Positions 36,101-48,400 of a DNA stretch of 64,000 bases are shown in pieces. The position numbers and the translations under genes are program-made. Every line of letters starts with the position of its first letter. The first letter of the stretch is position 1. The notes below the pieces were generated by a model. The model was given only the letters and a program-made list of their open reading frames with translations, ran no database searches and was not told the DNA's origin. This DNA comes from Amoebophrya sp. A120 (Eukaryota; Protista; Dinoflagellata), in contig CAJINV010000003.1 in NCBI GenBank assembly GCA_905178155.1, positions 11,268,793 to 11,332,792 on the forward strand. The letters are read 5' to 3'.

Positions 36101-39100
36101 GAAGACTGGTTCTTGAAGACAAAATTTCTACAGGCCTTCCAAGCGCTTATGGGTATCGTGATGTCGGATTCTTGGATGCAGGCCCCGGGAAAACTGGCGG
36201 CGATGGATCCCAACCCCGTTTCAAGGGACCAGGCGGAAAACCTTATCGCAAAGCTCACCCAGGATTTTCTGAAGAACAAGCCACAATTTCCGCCTCTCGA
36301 CGGGGAAACGCAAGTATCAAATGCAAAAATGTCTGGGTCTGGAAACTTGTGATGCTGGGTGGCGTCTCACGATGAGGCCACAAGTGCTGGCTTAGCATGA
36401 CAAGTTTCTGAGCTCTGTAGGTGTTGCCTATTCTGCATGACAAACTGCGTTTCCGCATCCGAAACAGCCTAGGGCCAAGACGACGCCGTGAGGACGACCA
36501 CAGGGGGCCCGTCTCAATGATGATGATCACAGTAAAACGGAGCTCTTGGGTGACGTGCATGACAGATTTAAAGAGTCATGCCAGACAAGCATGACAAACC
36601 TGCATTCTTCCAGACCCAGACATTTTTACATTTGATAGCAAGCGATCGAAGACAACCACGTAAGAATTAGTAGAATTGTGAGTGAATTAGCTACTGCATG
36701 ATGAAAAAATGCGTGAGCATGCTGACGCTGTTATGCGTTTGGCGCGTCGCGGTTGCTGGCTACTCTTCCTGCTAAGCCGCAGCCTGAGACGCAGTTTTCT
36801 TGTCATATCAAGGCCGCAGCCGCGCAAGAATGTTGAAAATTTGCTTCTTGTTGTTCCACTTACTTCTTACTTCGTATTCTTCTACTTCATCCGATTCGGC
36901 ATGCGCATGATTGAAGTTGCTTAGATTTAATGCCAAAGTGGTCTAGTCGAAATGCTGTCTAAAATTCCTTTTATTTTGAATTTATTTCAAATAAGAAACT
37001 ACCCAGGCTCTGACGCGTTCCGACCTTGTTGTGGGCATCACACCGATGAACAGCATTTTTCATTTTGCGTCGATCCGTATCCGCCGAGAGAAAACAAAGA
37101 CTGAGTCCTCCTTCCGACTTTGCCATGCGGAACAAAGATTGGTTGAGACGACCAAGCACGAAAGAGTATATAAGAGAGCAGGAAAGAGACAATCAATCTT
37201 TGCATGCAGGTGAAAATGGAGTAATATCTTTCGTCACTGCATCAAGGGTTGCCAGTGCTCCCGCTTGTGCTTCACCAAAGTCCGTGGTCACGATGAACGT
37301 ACAAGTGTCGCTGTTCCTAGTGGAATCACGGCAACCTCCAGACCTGGTAGCGATAAAGTAATCGACTCGTAGAGTAGCCTGTAGCTGTTTTTATATCGGA
37401 TACGTAAATTATATAAATTATTTCTGCACTCGATTCCCCGACCCCCGACCCCCCTTTGCATCTTTCAAAAAAAACGAAGGGCGCGACGGCCACTCCGCTC
37501 GAGAGAAGAACAGCCAGCGCAGCAAAATGCGGAAACTCCTAGCGCGGCCCAGAAGGTTCGGCGGATTCAACAAGGGGCCTGGGGAGGTGGTTCGTTCCTT
37601 TTTTTTCTCCATGATCCTCCATGTCCGATAGTATAAAGTTATTCAGTTTTATCGAAAAAAGCCCTGAGAATATGACTGAACGCCTGGTGCCCTGCGATAG
37701 TGGGCGAGAAGCAAGCGGCAGAATGAAACGCAGTGACTTTGCTATTAGATAGAAATGTAGCGACCACACTCTCACGGATGCAGGGGACTCGATTTTCTTT
37801 TGGGATTCTTTTCCTGGACCGCAAGGATGGAATTACAGCGGACGATCTATATGCATTGCAAGTATGGCTGGAAGGTTGCAACTTGTGAAGCTGACTCCGG
37901 CTTTCGAAAAAATCTGTATCGCATAACCAGCACTAAAAGTTCAGCTCCAGCTCGTGCTACCCGGAGAGGGCATTTCTCACGAGGGATAATTAAGCATCAA
38001 GATGAAGCTCGGTAAAACTCTGTGATGCTAGGGCATATATCAGAGACATGGGTTATATCATTGGTCATGCAAAAGGTGTATGACAGACAAACGTTGCACT
38101 TATCCAGACATAAAAATATTTGCAGTGGATAACCTATATGAAGGCTTGATGACCAAAGTGGTTGGCCACGATAGCAAGTATTGTTTTTCTTTTCGATTTG
38201 TTGCCTTCACCCTTACACGAACTACGCTAGATTACATTACAGTTGACGTGGCCCTAAAGAAAAACTGAGGACGCACTTTAGTGCAATTTCTTGATGTATC
38301 CAGAGGCTGTTATGAATGCTTTTCAATGCGCATGGCCAGACACGACAGACCACACTTCTGACTTAGTGATATTTCAGAACAAGAATATGCCCGACAACAA
38401 TCTCAATTGACTAGCAAATAGCCAAAAAATGATGAGATTATAAAAACACCTAATCGAGCACTCACAGTGGTCTTTCTTTTTCGTAAAAATATGCCATGAA
38501 GAATGATCGAGCATCCGCGTCCGCGACATCATGAATGTTATAGAAGAATACGTAGAGACGATTGATACCCAAAAAGTCACGGCGAAGTAGTGCTTGCACC
38601 AGTCAAGATCCAATATCTTTTTTTTTGGGACCGAACAACGTTATCAAATACAATAGATACCTTGCGTCTCAGCTGGGTTTTGACGTTGTGGAGAAGCCCA
38701 GTCCAACGGTCAGCCACTACGTTTGGCAAAAGGAAAAGTGCGTCGCTCGTCCCAAAGATTGAATAATTAAAATAGTTTTGCATGTTTAGATTAAGGATAC
38801 TGCTTCCCTACTTTTCCTAACCATACGACTTGTCGACCCCTCCATCAGGAGTGTTGCCAAAATTTGTTTTCAAGTACGACTGAAGCCTGAGTGTGAGCAC
38901 CCGAAGCGCTTTTGCTATCCATTGCAAATATGTCAGGGTCTGGAAGAGTTCCAACTTGTGATGCAGCTAAGTGTAAATCTACTCAGGGCTAAAAAATCTC
39001 AAGGACACAGAAATCTGTACTGCATGCGTTCCAAAACTTGGCCATTTCATGATCATGGCGCACAGCGACGCACTTTCTCATGCGGGATAGGTTCATACTA

Positions 39101-42100
39101 AGAATCCTTCGCAAAATGAAAATCTGTGATGTTTTGCGTGAATTCCAGCTTATCAGCCTATCTGCTCCTCGAGAATATGCATGCATGCATGACAAAAAAC
39201 CGCAGTCTTCCAGACCACGCAGACATGTTTGCATTCAATATTTGCACTCGCATAGCCAAATAGCGCTGCTGATCGCGCTGATGCGTGCTTGGGAAATCAA
39301 GGAAGTGAAATGGGACGTGGTGAATGGTATCCTGTGCAAAATACACATCGTTCTCGTATTGCAATCCAGTTCTTGTATGACAGATCTATTTGTATTATCT
39401 TCTTCCTTTACATGAATGTTGTGCATGAAAAATGTCATTTGACATGACCCTAGATCTCCTGCGTCCGAAGCTGCTTGCGGCGACGGTGCAAAGGTTTTTG
39501 ATGTGGTGCAGTCAGGTACGCATGACAAATGCCATTTGATTTCTTTTCGTACAAAAATATCAATACGAAGATGAACCTATTGCAATTCTTTTGAGAAATA
39601 CGAAGATCGTGCTTTTGCGATGTATAAAGGGATACGCATTGCAAATTCTCCGTCTAGGAGGTCAGAGAAGTTGTAGTTCGAGCGTAAGTCTCACGAAGAA
39701 GATACGTCTTGTAAATAGTGAACTTGCTTCTGATGTAGATCTTCAATGTGCATTACCTGGCAAGGCATTTTTTCATGAGATGCGACTTGTTGCACGATGT
39801 GCATTTGCGCACACGTCGACCTTTTGTTTTTGCAGTACTAGAGGGTGAATCTTCACAAATCTCTGCGCCGTCGTGCCAGAGTCTGACCCAGGCTGGTGGA
39901 ATACGCATTGGATAATTGGTTGGGCCCGGGTATTGCAGAGATTTTTTTACTCGGGAACGCAAAGAGCGACGACGATCATATCAACGATGCAAATATGATG
40001 TCGGCCCACTCTGAAAGATTCGCGATGATGTAACGCCCCCAACTACTTCGGTCGCAAGAGTCGAGAAAATTCATGCAACACTGCAATTTTCTGTTTCTTT
40101 GCCTGCCAGCAACGAGATACTCTTTATCTTCTATGAGCTTCATGGAAGAACACATCATGAGTACTAGCGCTAGTCCCTCAGGAGCTTGCTATGTCTATGT
40201 GCGGCGCTCCGCTTTGGCCGTTGTCTCCTATAATTCGAGCTACGCACTGGGAAATTTCTTAGGTTTTTTTTTGTACAAATTGCCTGGCAAACTCTGTCAA
40301 ATTACCTGGCAAACTCTTCAAATCGTCCTGATTTTGCATGCGCCTGCGATTTGTCATGCGTACTTGCGTGCTGCCAATTTGATGCGATTGCGCTTGCAAT
40401 TATGCTTGTGCGCTGGACAAAAGCATCGGCGTCACGACTTTCCGGGGGCAGACATATTTGCAAATAATAGACCGACATGGGGTGGCGTTTCAGCGATTTT
40501 ATCCAATGCAAGTGCGATGTCTGGGTCTGGACGACATCAAGTTGAACTTATTTGGACATTGTCATACAGATTCAATTCTGCAACCACCAAGAAGTTCGGT
40601 CAAAATGCATAGTAGTAGAGAGCGACTCAGTACCACCCCGTGAGGAGCCAAAGATCCGCTCCTGCCTTTTCTGCTGTGGTTCTCGCATGAGTGACTAATT
40701 TTTCATGCGATCCCGACGGAGCATGCCAGATGACAAACTTGCAGTTGATAGCTTCTCTGCCACGGATCCCGCCCCGGTGGATCGGTTATAAAAAGCGACA
40801 CAAGAATATAGCCTCCTCAGGTGTTACATTCTCAACTGTCACATAGCCAACACGCTCGCCATGCTGAACCTGCGTGGTCACCTTTGGAGGTTTGCATTGT
40901 TTCCTATTTTGATATAGCAAAATACGCAAGATGAACGTCGCATTTTTACCTACAAAGTTGAGATGCCTCAAGGAAATAGCATCGAGATCTGTCGTCAAAG
41001 ACTTGCAGTGCGAACGGCACAGGGGCGTTTCTCATTTTTTTCTCGCGGGTTTACCAAAAAAAATGAAAACGCTGTCTGGTATGCAACAGTTGAGAGTGTA
41101 ACAGCTGAGGAGGCCATAGACCCAACGCCGACGCGGACCAATTTAGGATGAAAACAGACAAAATATAAGAGCGCTCGTCGTACGCATATGCTAACGTAAC
41201 CTTTCCAGATCTAATAGTACTAGAGAAACATGCTTTTAGGTACCTTGCTGATTTCTGTTTTACGCATAGCTTCCCGCAATAAACATAAAGGGTACGCATC
41301 ATATAACACAGCAACGACCGGTCTTAAGGTCGTTGTCGTGACATCGAAAAAATCCTCGGCCACGACAACTTATTGACGCACTGCCAAGAATCATTCAACA
41401 TGATCCAATTTTTCAACGCGGCTGATAGTCACCTGGTCTTGATGAACTAAGTAAACAAGTTGGTTTAATAGATACAGATGTTGCTTCATCTCGAGAATAA
41501 AGCAAACTTGATCGAAAAGCGCGGCGGCCGTTCTTCACTCACAGTGCTTGTTTTATTGTATATATATTGTCGAAACCCAGGAGGGGAGATAGAAGAGGAG
41601 ATGAAGAATCGAAGAAGGGCATTTTTGCAAAAAAAAAAAGAATGAATGCTTAGGGTAAAATAATATCAAAGCTCCCTGTAATCCTGAGTGAACTCTTCTT
41701 CCTGTAGATCTTCTATCATCAGTACTATAAATCAGAATCGAGCTTGCTGAATGTCTCCCGAATAATTTCAAGATCATGATCATCTGATCGTGCTAGCTTC
41801 TTCTTCCCCGACAAACTACTTGAAGAAGGCGCAGCCGAAGTACATGAAAAACAATTACGAATTGAACGAAGTGTAGTTTCCACCGTTCCTGACTACTTAC
41901 AAAGGAAGCGCAAAGATGGAAATAGAGACGTCTGATCTTACACAACAAGGTGCGACGTCAGCGTCACCTGCGTTGTATATGATCTGGACGGGTAGTACAG
42001 ATATCACCTGGTCTGTTCCAAGGTTTTCGAAATGCGGGCTGCTCTCGTACTCGTTCAGGACTAAGAGTAGCATAATGCGCATTCCCATGAGAGGCATTCT

Positions 42101-42250
42101 TTTCAATTGCCTTTAGCAACAACATTATACTACAATACCCTTCTTTGCAGGAAGTAGATGTGTCGTGTCTATTCAAGTTATCTTCCAAAGCCACAAATAA
42201 CAGCAATATTATTCAGGCTGGAGGAAGCACCAAGACCTGGTAAAAATCTG
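30123..42250 (+). CDS. Multi-exon gene: Ppx/GppA-family (ASKHA) phosphatase-like domain followed by BRCT-like repeats; ends approximate (alternative start 29868)
   Basis: After introner removal: VIALD|VGSMMHKMAVV (phosphate-1 motif DxGS), SQNVMEKSAALINSLTAE|G, VIARGTSVFRKCAPESVE|AYKMILRDRAGVVDFEVLDQLSEAR|EGQRALF, AVLDVGGHSTQFS (phosphate-2 motif DxGGxST), ITADDL|YEGLM. The order matches Ppx/GppA. Downstream LASQLGFDVVEKPSPTVSHYV, LIALMRAWEIKEVKW and NLIEKRGG resemble BRCT. Confidence 0.7.
30200..30564. mobile_element. Introner family A
   Basis: TATCGTAAGCAAAAACC start; TSD GTTCA/GCTCA; join SQVH|HMRTQ is in frame. Confidence 0.65.
30714..31840. mobile_element. Introner family A expanded by a nested Helentron-like copy
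   Basis: TATCCCGAGTGAAAACGCCC ... GGGGACGATTTGACACAGGATA; TSD degenerate. Confidence 0.65.
30903..31728 (+). mobile_element. Helentron/HINE-like element, copy 4 (diverged, internal duplication)
   Basis: TAGTGAGGTC at 30906-15, GACCCCACTAC at 31686-96, hairpin CCGCG-GA-CGCGG followed by CTATTA. Confidence 0.75.
32361..32624. mobile_element. Introner family B
   Basis: TATCAAATGCAAAAATGTCTGGGTCTGGAA ... TTCCAGACCCAGACATATTTGCAGTTGAGA; TSD AGATG. Confidence 0.9.
32669..32987. mobile_element. Introner family B
   Basis: TATGCATT ... TTTGCAATGCATA; TSD CCAGA/CCAGG; join VVQ|ADPVAEVIFEKE. Confidence 0.85.
33071..33420. mobile_element. Introner family A
   Basis: TATCATGTGTGAAAATGTC ... GGACTTTTTTACTCAGAAAA; TSD AAAGC. 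Confidence 0.75.
33724..34232. mobile_element. Introner family B
   Basis: TATGCATTGCAAA..TCTGGGTCTGGAA ... TTCCAGACCCAGA..TTTGCAATGCATA; perfect TSD CGGAG. Confidence 0.9.
34807..34978. mobile_element. Introner with a GCAAAAGTATCG-type TIR (related to 10022-11669)
   Basis: TSD TAGAA/TGGAA; join ESVE|AYKMIL. Confidence 0.8.
35062..35623. mobile_element. Introner family B-like
   Basis: TATGCACTGCAAATAT ... ATATTTGCAATGGATA; TSD GCGCG/GCGAA; join SEAR|EGQRAL. Confidence 0.8.
36315..36637. mobile_element. Introner family B
   Basis: Near-perfect 30-bp TIR TATCAAATG(C/T)AAAAATGTCTGGGTCTGGAA; perfect TSD GCAAG. Confidence 0.92.
37850..38131. mobile_element. Introner family B
   Basis: TATGCATTGCAAGTAT ... 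ATATTTGCAGTGGATA; TSD ATCTA/ACCTA. Confidence 0.8.
38916..39240. mobile_element. Introner family B
   Basis: TATCCATTGCAAATATGTCAGGGTCTGGAA ... AGACATGTTTGCATTCAATA; perfect TSD TTTGC. Confidence 0.88.
39328..39626. mobile_element. Introner, TATCCTGTGCAAAA type
   Basis: Ends TTTTGCGATGTATA; TSD AATGG/AAGGG; internal CATGACAA. Confidence 0.65.
40500..40750. mobile_element. Introner family B (degenerate right end)
   Basis: TATCCAATGCAAGT..ATGTCTGGGTCTGGA ... ACTTGCAGTTGATA; TSD GATTT/GCTTC. Confidence 0.65.
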
Positions 42251-42434
42251 AATTTATGCTTACTTCTTGCGAGAGATTCTTGCTTGTCCTGCTGCTGAAC
42301 TAAGGCTATAAGATTCGCCAAACCGTAAACAATACGCGAAACTACACAGTTCAAATTCTGCACCTGGACTGCTACGGCACACTCTAGATTAACCAAAGTA
42401 GCACAGCGAGCTGAAAGTTGAAGACACAGATAAA

Positions 42435-45400
42435 ATGTCGGAGCAGCACCAGCCCCTGCCGACGTTGGAAGAGGCGCAGCGAGCGGCTGTGGCTGATCTT
42501 TTCGGAGATGACTTTCCCGAGACTCCAAAAGAGGACAAAGTTGTAGTCGGCCAGGGTCTATCCACGATAAATATGTCTGGGTCTGGAAGCCTAATGCGCA
42601 GGGTTGTCATGCTTCTTCCGGATCACACAGATGGTCCGGGATGCACGCAAAAGCCTTGCAAGTTTTTTTCAGGTCGTTTGATGCCTGTCCTGCATGAGCA
42701 ACTCCCCCTTGAATTGCGTAAGTAGCAGGTAGGGACAAGTTGAAGTTTTGGTGTCTCTCATTCAGAGTCTGCATGACAAGTTCGCATCCTTGAACTTGCC
42801 CGTCCAGAACCCAGGCATATTTTTGCAATGCATAAGGTCCGAGTTCCTCGAGCAGCATTCCGAAGCGTGAAACGTCTCGATCACGATCGCGGTCTCCCAG
42901 AAGAGAAGGACCTCTCAAGTTGGCGGCCGATCAAGCGACCCCGAGTTTTGTACTCTGAGGAAAAATCCACCCGCCTCATACTCAGACGACCCAGAACCTC
43001 TGATAGAGTGCTAATTTGATTTGGTCACGGAGCGCAATCATCTTGTAAGAGGGCTGTGCCTGAGCCTGAGATCATGTCCGCCGCGTTGATTTCTGGCGCT
43101 GCGGTTGGGCGCGCAGGGCCGCAGGCACCTGCAATGCGAAGCAGCTGCCTAAGAAACTTCGCCTCGCTCTCTCGTCTACTCTCGTCTACTGCATATGCCT
43201 CCAGCGGTCACGAAGCGTCCGCCCGCGCTAGATACCACTGCCAAGACTGAGGGCAAGATGGGGAGGGGCGGGATTTACCGTTTTCATACGTTGATGGCTC
43301 TTTAGCTGTACCAGCTCAGCACCAGCAAGGTGGGGCCTCTCCGCAACGTAGTGCCCCCGCGTCTCCGAAACTATCCAGCGGTGCTGCGTCTCCGAAAGCA
43401 GTATTATCTCCTGCACTCATGTTGTTTGGGCGTTCATCAACATTTAAATTTATATTTCTGGTTAATTGATTCGTGACCAGCCGAGTTCTCGCTACAGCTT
43501 AGGGCCAAGTAGAGTGACAGGCTTTTGTTTCTTGAAGGGCATGCGTTGTTCTTGCGGATTTCTATTTTTCTGCTTGAATGAAGATGGACAAGTGCGAACG
43601 ACATAGAGCGAAACGAGCACCGCCCCTGGTTGCCTGTGATGTTCATCATCTAATTTTGTTCACAGAGGCTACGGCAACCATGCCCACGAGGGGGCGGGGG
43701 GAAAGCACTACTACTTTATTGCTTTAGTAACTCTAACTTTGCAATGTTGCTCGAGAAGAAGACCCGGATTACATATTTGCAACGCATAACTGCTTTCGTC
43801 GAAGCGCCCAAGCGTCAGCGGGTCCTCGCCCAAACTTCCCTTTGGTCAGGTATCAACTGTCATCATCGAAATGCTGTTAACAGACGCGCGGCGCCAGTCT
43901 CTTCCACTGATTCTTGTTGTACTTAGTATTCTTGCAACCAAGTCCGTCGCCATCTTCGCGCAAAGCCAACTGATTCCAGGGCAGGCACAGGAGCGCTTCT
44001 CAGATTGTGAAATCACAACGCGACTAAAAAAACAGGTGGAGAACAGTGAGCAGTTGAATGAAGAAATTCGTGATGTTATCCTGCAGAAAAGTAAGTACAC
44101 CCATTTGCATTCCCATACTGGAAGAATACAAATACTACATTTGTATGTAGTGAGGTCACCGAACGGTTCTAACCAGGGAGTTTTTTTGGCAGCCAGACAG
44201 CAAAACGGCCGTCAGTTTTCAAGCGGGCGGAAGCGTTTTTTGACAAAAAAGATTCTCAATTATCAAGCGGGCAGAGCGTTGCTGGCAAACAAGCCCGGTC
44301 GAAAACTATCGACTCGCACTTGATAAAACGACGCAGGGGAGCCGGCAAAAGGGGCGCCCTTCTGAGGCGCCCACCGCCTTGGTTTCTGCCGATTTGGGGA
44401 GCCCAAAAAGGGGCGCGCAAAAAACGCGCCCAAAATCAGAACAGCGAAACAGCATGGCACGGCCGCGATTTCCGAGCATTTTGGGCGGCCGCGAAAGCGG
44501 CCGCCTTTTCGCAGGTTTTAGAACCGGGGAAGCTTTGCAAAAAGCGCCGGCGGGAAAAATAAAAACGCGAAAAATAAAAAGCGCCCCAGACGCGCAAAGC
44601 CAATCCGCATGCTATGGGCCCGGTTTTTCTTCGCTTTTTGGGCGCCCCCCTTGGCACCCGGATCGGCCCCATAGCATCGGGGCTGGCTTTCGGAAAGGAA
44701 TTTTGGAAATGTGCCAAAATTTGTGACGTTTCCCAAGTGGCCGCCATACCGTGCGGCATAACGTTACTCACGGCGGTATGGCGAGCCCAGAAATAGCAAA
44801 GCCGCGGCCAAGGCGGCGGCCGGCAAAAAAACGCCCACGACCTCACTACCCCCGCCCCGGCGGCTATATTTCGTATTGCTGTTTTTCTGTTCCAAAAAAC
44901 TTTGATGTCATATTGTTGCTCCGCCCCCGGTGGGGCGAACACCTACCATGCAAAAGAAATGCTTAGACAAGAAAAATCCAGTGTAGCACGTTAAACATCG
45001 AGCATCCGCCCCCTCCCGCGGGATCGCGAGGGAAGCTGTTGGCTTGTACGGGTTTCACCTTCCAGCTGGCCGCCCCGCATCCGCAAGCCTGGCTGCTAGC
45101 GTGCCCAGATTCGAGGTTCTTCCGGGTGCTAAAAAAAACCAAAGCGGCTCTCCCGCTTCAAAAACGCTGCCGCGCTGCTGCTGTGCAGTTAAGTCGTCCC
45201 ATGAGCAACTACCTCGGCGACGCGTTTCCAAACGAAGCCAGCCACACGCCCGACCAGATTGCAGGAGGCGGCGAGGGGCCCCCCTAGAGGGCTACCTGAA
45301 GTAAGTGCTTTCTTTGATCTTTGAAGTCGGCCACTTGCACTTCTCCGCGGGGGAAGGAGCGCCCGGGGGTGGCGCTTTTAGGGGTTGGCTTTTTTTGCAA

Positions 45401-48400
45401 AAACGGAATCCCCTGCCGTGAGGCTTCCCCCGATAAGACGGCTGCTGCTCACTGGATGCGGAAAGACCTCTCCGCAGCGTGCTGGAAATATGGTCGCCCG
45501 ATATTTTTTCCCGGGAAAATGACAAAAAACCGAAGCTAAAACAGGCGGAACGGGCGGTAAAACGGCACCAACCGAGGAACGCCGCCAGCTGGCTGAAACA
45601 CACGCAGGCCAATTGGCACTTGGCTTGCGTGGGTTTCAGAGAGCAATTGAATTGGAATTGCTCTCCCCGCGACCCCCGGCAGGGGGGTGCGTCTTGCTGT
45701 AACACAGCAAGACTTTCCTGTTCTAAACGGGCGAAATGGACGAGAGTACTGGCGAAAAAATGATATCTCAATGAGGGGCACCAAGAGGACTGAAGATCCT
45801 CAACGGACAGAGCCCGCCTTTTTATTTTCCCAAACAAGAATTGCGACCGACGCAAATACTTTCTAATATCGTATGGGTGCGCTTTTCTGTGCGATAGACA
45901 TTGGGGGCAGTGAAAGCGTGAAACCTAACATGGAGGCGAACGAGGAAAGCAAGCCAGCCGAAATCGTTATGGAAGTGAGAAGTACCGTGGGAAATTTCAA
46001 TTTTCCAAATGGAAAAGATTTGCGGTCGCATTGAGTATATCTACTTAACACTACCAGTTTGAGCCCGCCACTGTTTCTGAGCGGCACATGGCATCAATAC
46101 TCTTAATTTCCCATGGACATCAAGAACATGTCTAGACTCAATTTGTCATGCTGCTTAGCGCAACGACAGAAAAATTTCTAACTACTACCTGGCACTTCCA
46201 TAATCGTTCCCGTCCCAGTTGTAGAAGAAGTGGAGCCGCCACACAAATACTGTTGCTTCAACTCTCTGTATCGCAAGAAAATAAAAAAATGCTTCACTGT
46301 AATAAACTTGTAATGCAGAAAATGTATCTGAGAAGTGAAGTAAAGTGTTTGTATTTTTGCTACTACACGTGTAGAGCAAGAGCGAGCTTGTGATGCAAAA
46401 CTCGCAAAATCCTTACAGTAAATGCGAAGTGCTTTTTTCTTACGATACTCTGTATCCCGACCAACAGTCTGCGTCAGCACTCAGCTGCTTTGATTGGCTA
46501 ACGAAGTCATGAATGCGTGTTAAATAAACATTTTGTTCTGCTTGTTAAAATGGAATTTCACTGGCTGACTGGCACTGGGGTTTTTAGCAAGCAGGGGATA
46601 CTACTTGTTGCACAATCCAATCTGAAAAACAAATTGATAAACTCACGATTGCTTATGTTATGCTCCTCTGGTTCTGTGTTGCATGACCTGCATGCACAGC
46701 ATTTTTGGATCAAGGAAGATCAAACTCCTGGAGCAGCTTCTTTCCTGGATACTTCAGAAGATGGTGGCGAAGTGAAGAAATTGATCTTCAAGTACCGAAG
46801 AAAAGATGTACCCTATTAAACATCTGTGTCCCCTGCCTCCGGAACGAGACTGCAACGGATGCCAATGCTTCGTATATGTATCCCCAGTTCTTTCCCATTC
46901 TGATTGTCATGCAATTAGTGCAAACCACTAACCAGAAGCACAACAAGCGCAGTCGTCCCACCATCTACTTATATCTATTCTGTGGATTTGTGCAGACGGC
47001 CCATGAATTTGTGTTGCGGAGCGACTTTGGATAGGCCAGGAAATTTGACACCGTGTAAAAATTCTGTAGCATGTTGCTCTACGCGCCAAAAGTGAATTTT
47101 CAGGCCAGAAAACATGCCCATCCGCGCACCTCTAGGCGGAATCTTCCCGTAGCTTGTGGCGCACAACTACATGCTGTTCGCTTTTTGCTGTATGGGGAAG
47201 CAATTTGGATTTGATGCAAGGAGAAGCACAAAAAGGCAAGAGAGTACATTGACATGTTACTCGTCTGGGGTCGGGGCACATTGCAATATGATACGCCGGG
47301 TGGCCTCTTTGGCAAGTCGACGCTACTGCACCCATAAACGTGCCACAAGACTCAGGGTAAGTATCTGTTGTTATTGCCGCCCAGCACGCGGCGCATGTTG
47401 ATGATCTTACCCTCCTCTCACTACTGAATTCTTGTTCCTCTGAGCGAGTAAAAGTCGCGCTGTTATTTTATCGCAATATTTATTTACAACGATGAAAAAC
47501 GTATTCGCTTTCAAAAATCAAATTTTTTTTTGCCCCCCTTGAGGGTGGGTCCAGATAGGACCCCGTCGGTGGCCTCGTTGAACTGGAAGGCGTCGGGCAG
47601 GTGAGTCGCGGGACATTTTTTCGTTACCTGAATTACTGGAGTATGTTGATGATGTCACTTGAGTAGTCTTATTATCTAGCTAGCTTGTCGCGGTGATAGG
47701 TAGTGTAAATTTGAGCTCGCATTTGAAGACGTTTTTTTGCATAGTTCATTGTTGCCGGCGCCGACGCCCCGGAGCTGCGTATCGTCGTGAGTGGCATGCT
47801 GGGCACCACTCCAAACGCCAAGCCCCGCAACAGAAATGAAGAAGGACAAACTCTGGCAGAAGATAGCTGCGGCCTGAGAACGGTGGAGACTAGTGGCAGC
47901 TGGCGCTCATACAAAAAAGCGACGCTCTTTCACCTGCCTCGGGTTGTTGCGGTGTGTCCGCCCAATTTTGAGCACTTTTGGTCTGGGCCCAGGAAAACAG
48001 TGGAACCGGCTCGGGCACGTGCCAAAGACTTGAAAAAGCTGCAAGGCCACGGCCGGCCTTGATTTGCGCGCATTTTTTGGTGCAAAACACCCATACGGCC
48101 GGGGCGCTTCATAGAGGCCCGCTTCTGAGACGAAAGCGGCCGGCCGCTAAGTTGGCCGCTATGTCGGCCGGCTAGAGTTCGCCCCTCGCGGCCCACCACA
48201 GCGCAGGGCCTTTTTTGGAAAATCTGGCGCCAAATTTCCAAGCCCCACGCGGCTTTGGCCCATCACGCATGGCCGAAGAATGTGCCCGGGTCCGCCAGAC
48301 AATTTTTGCCCGTGCGGATTTGCCAGAGATGGCGCGGCGAAGGGGGGGCGCGGGAAGACCCCCCTACTAGGCGCAGGGGCTTTCCTCATTTGGGGTTCTG

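Noticed and set aside
32361-42834. Recurring ~30-bp ATGTCTGGGTCTGGAA repeats as a CRISPR array
   Set aside because: The repeats alternate in orientation, are hundreds of bases apart and carry TSDs; no cas genes; eukaryotic context.
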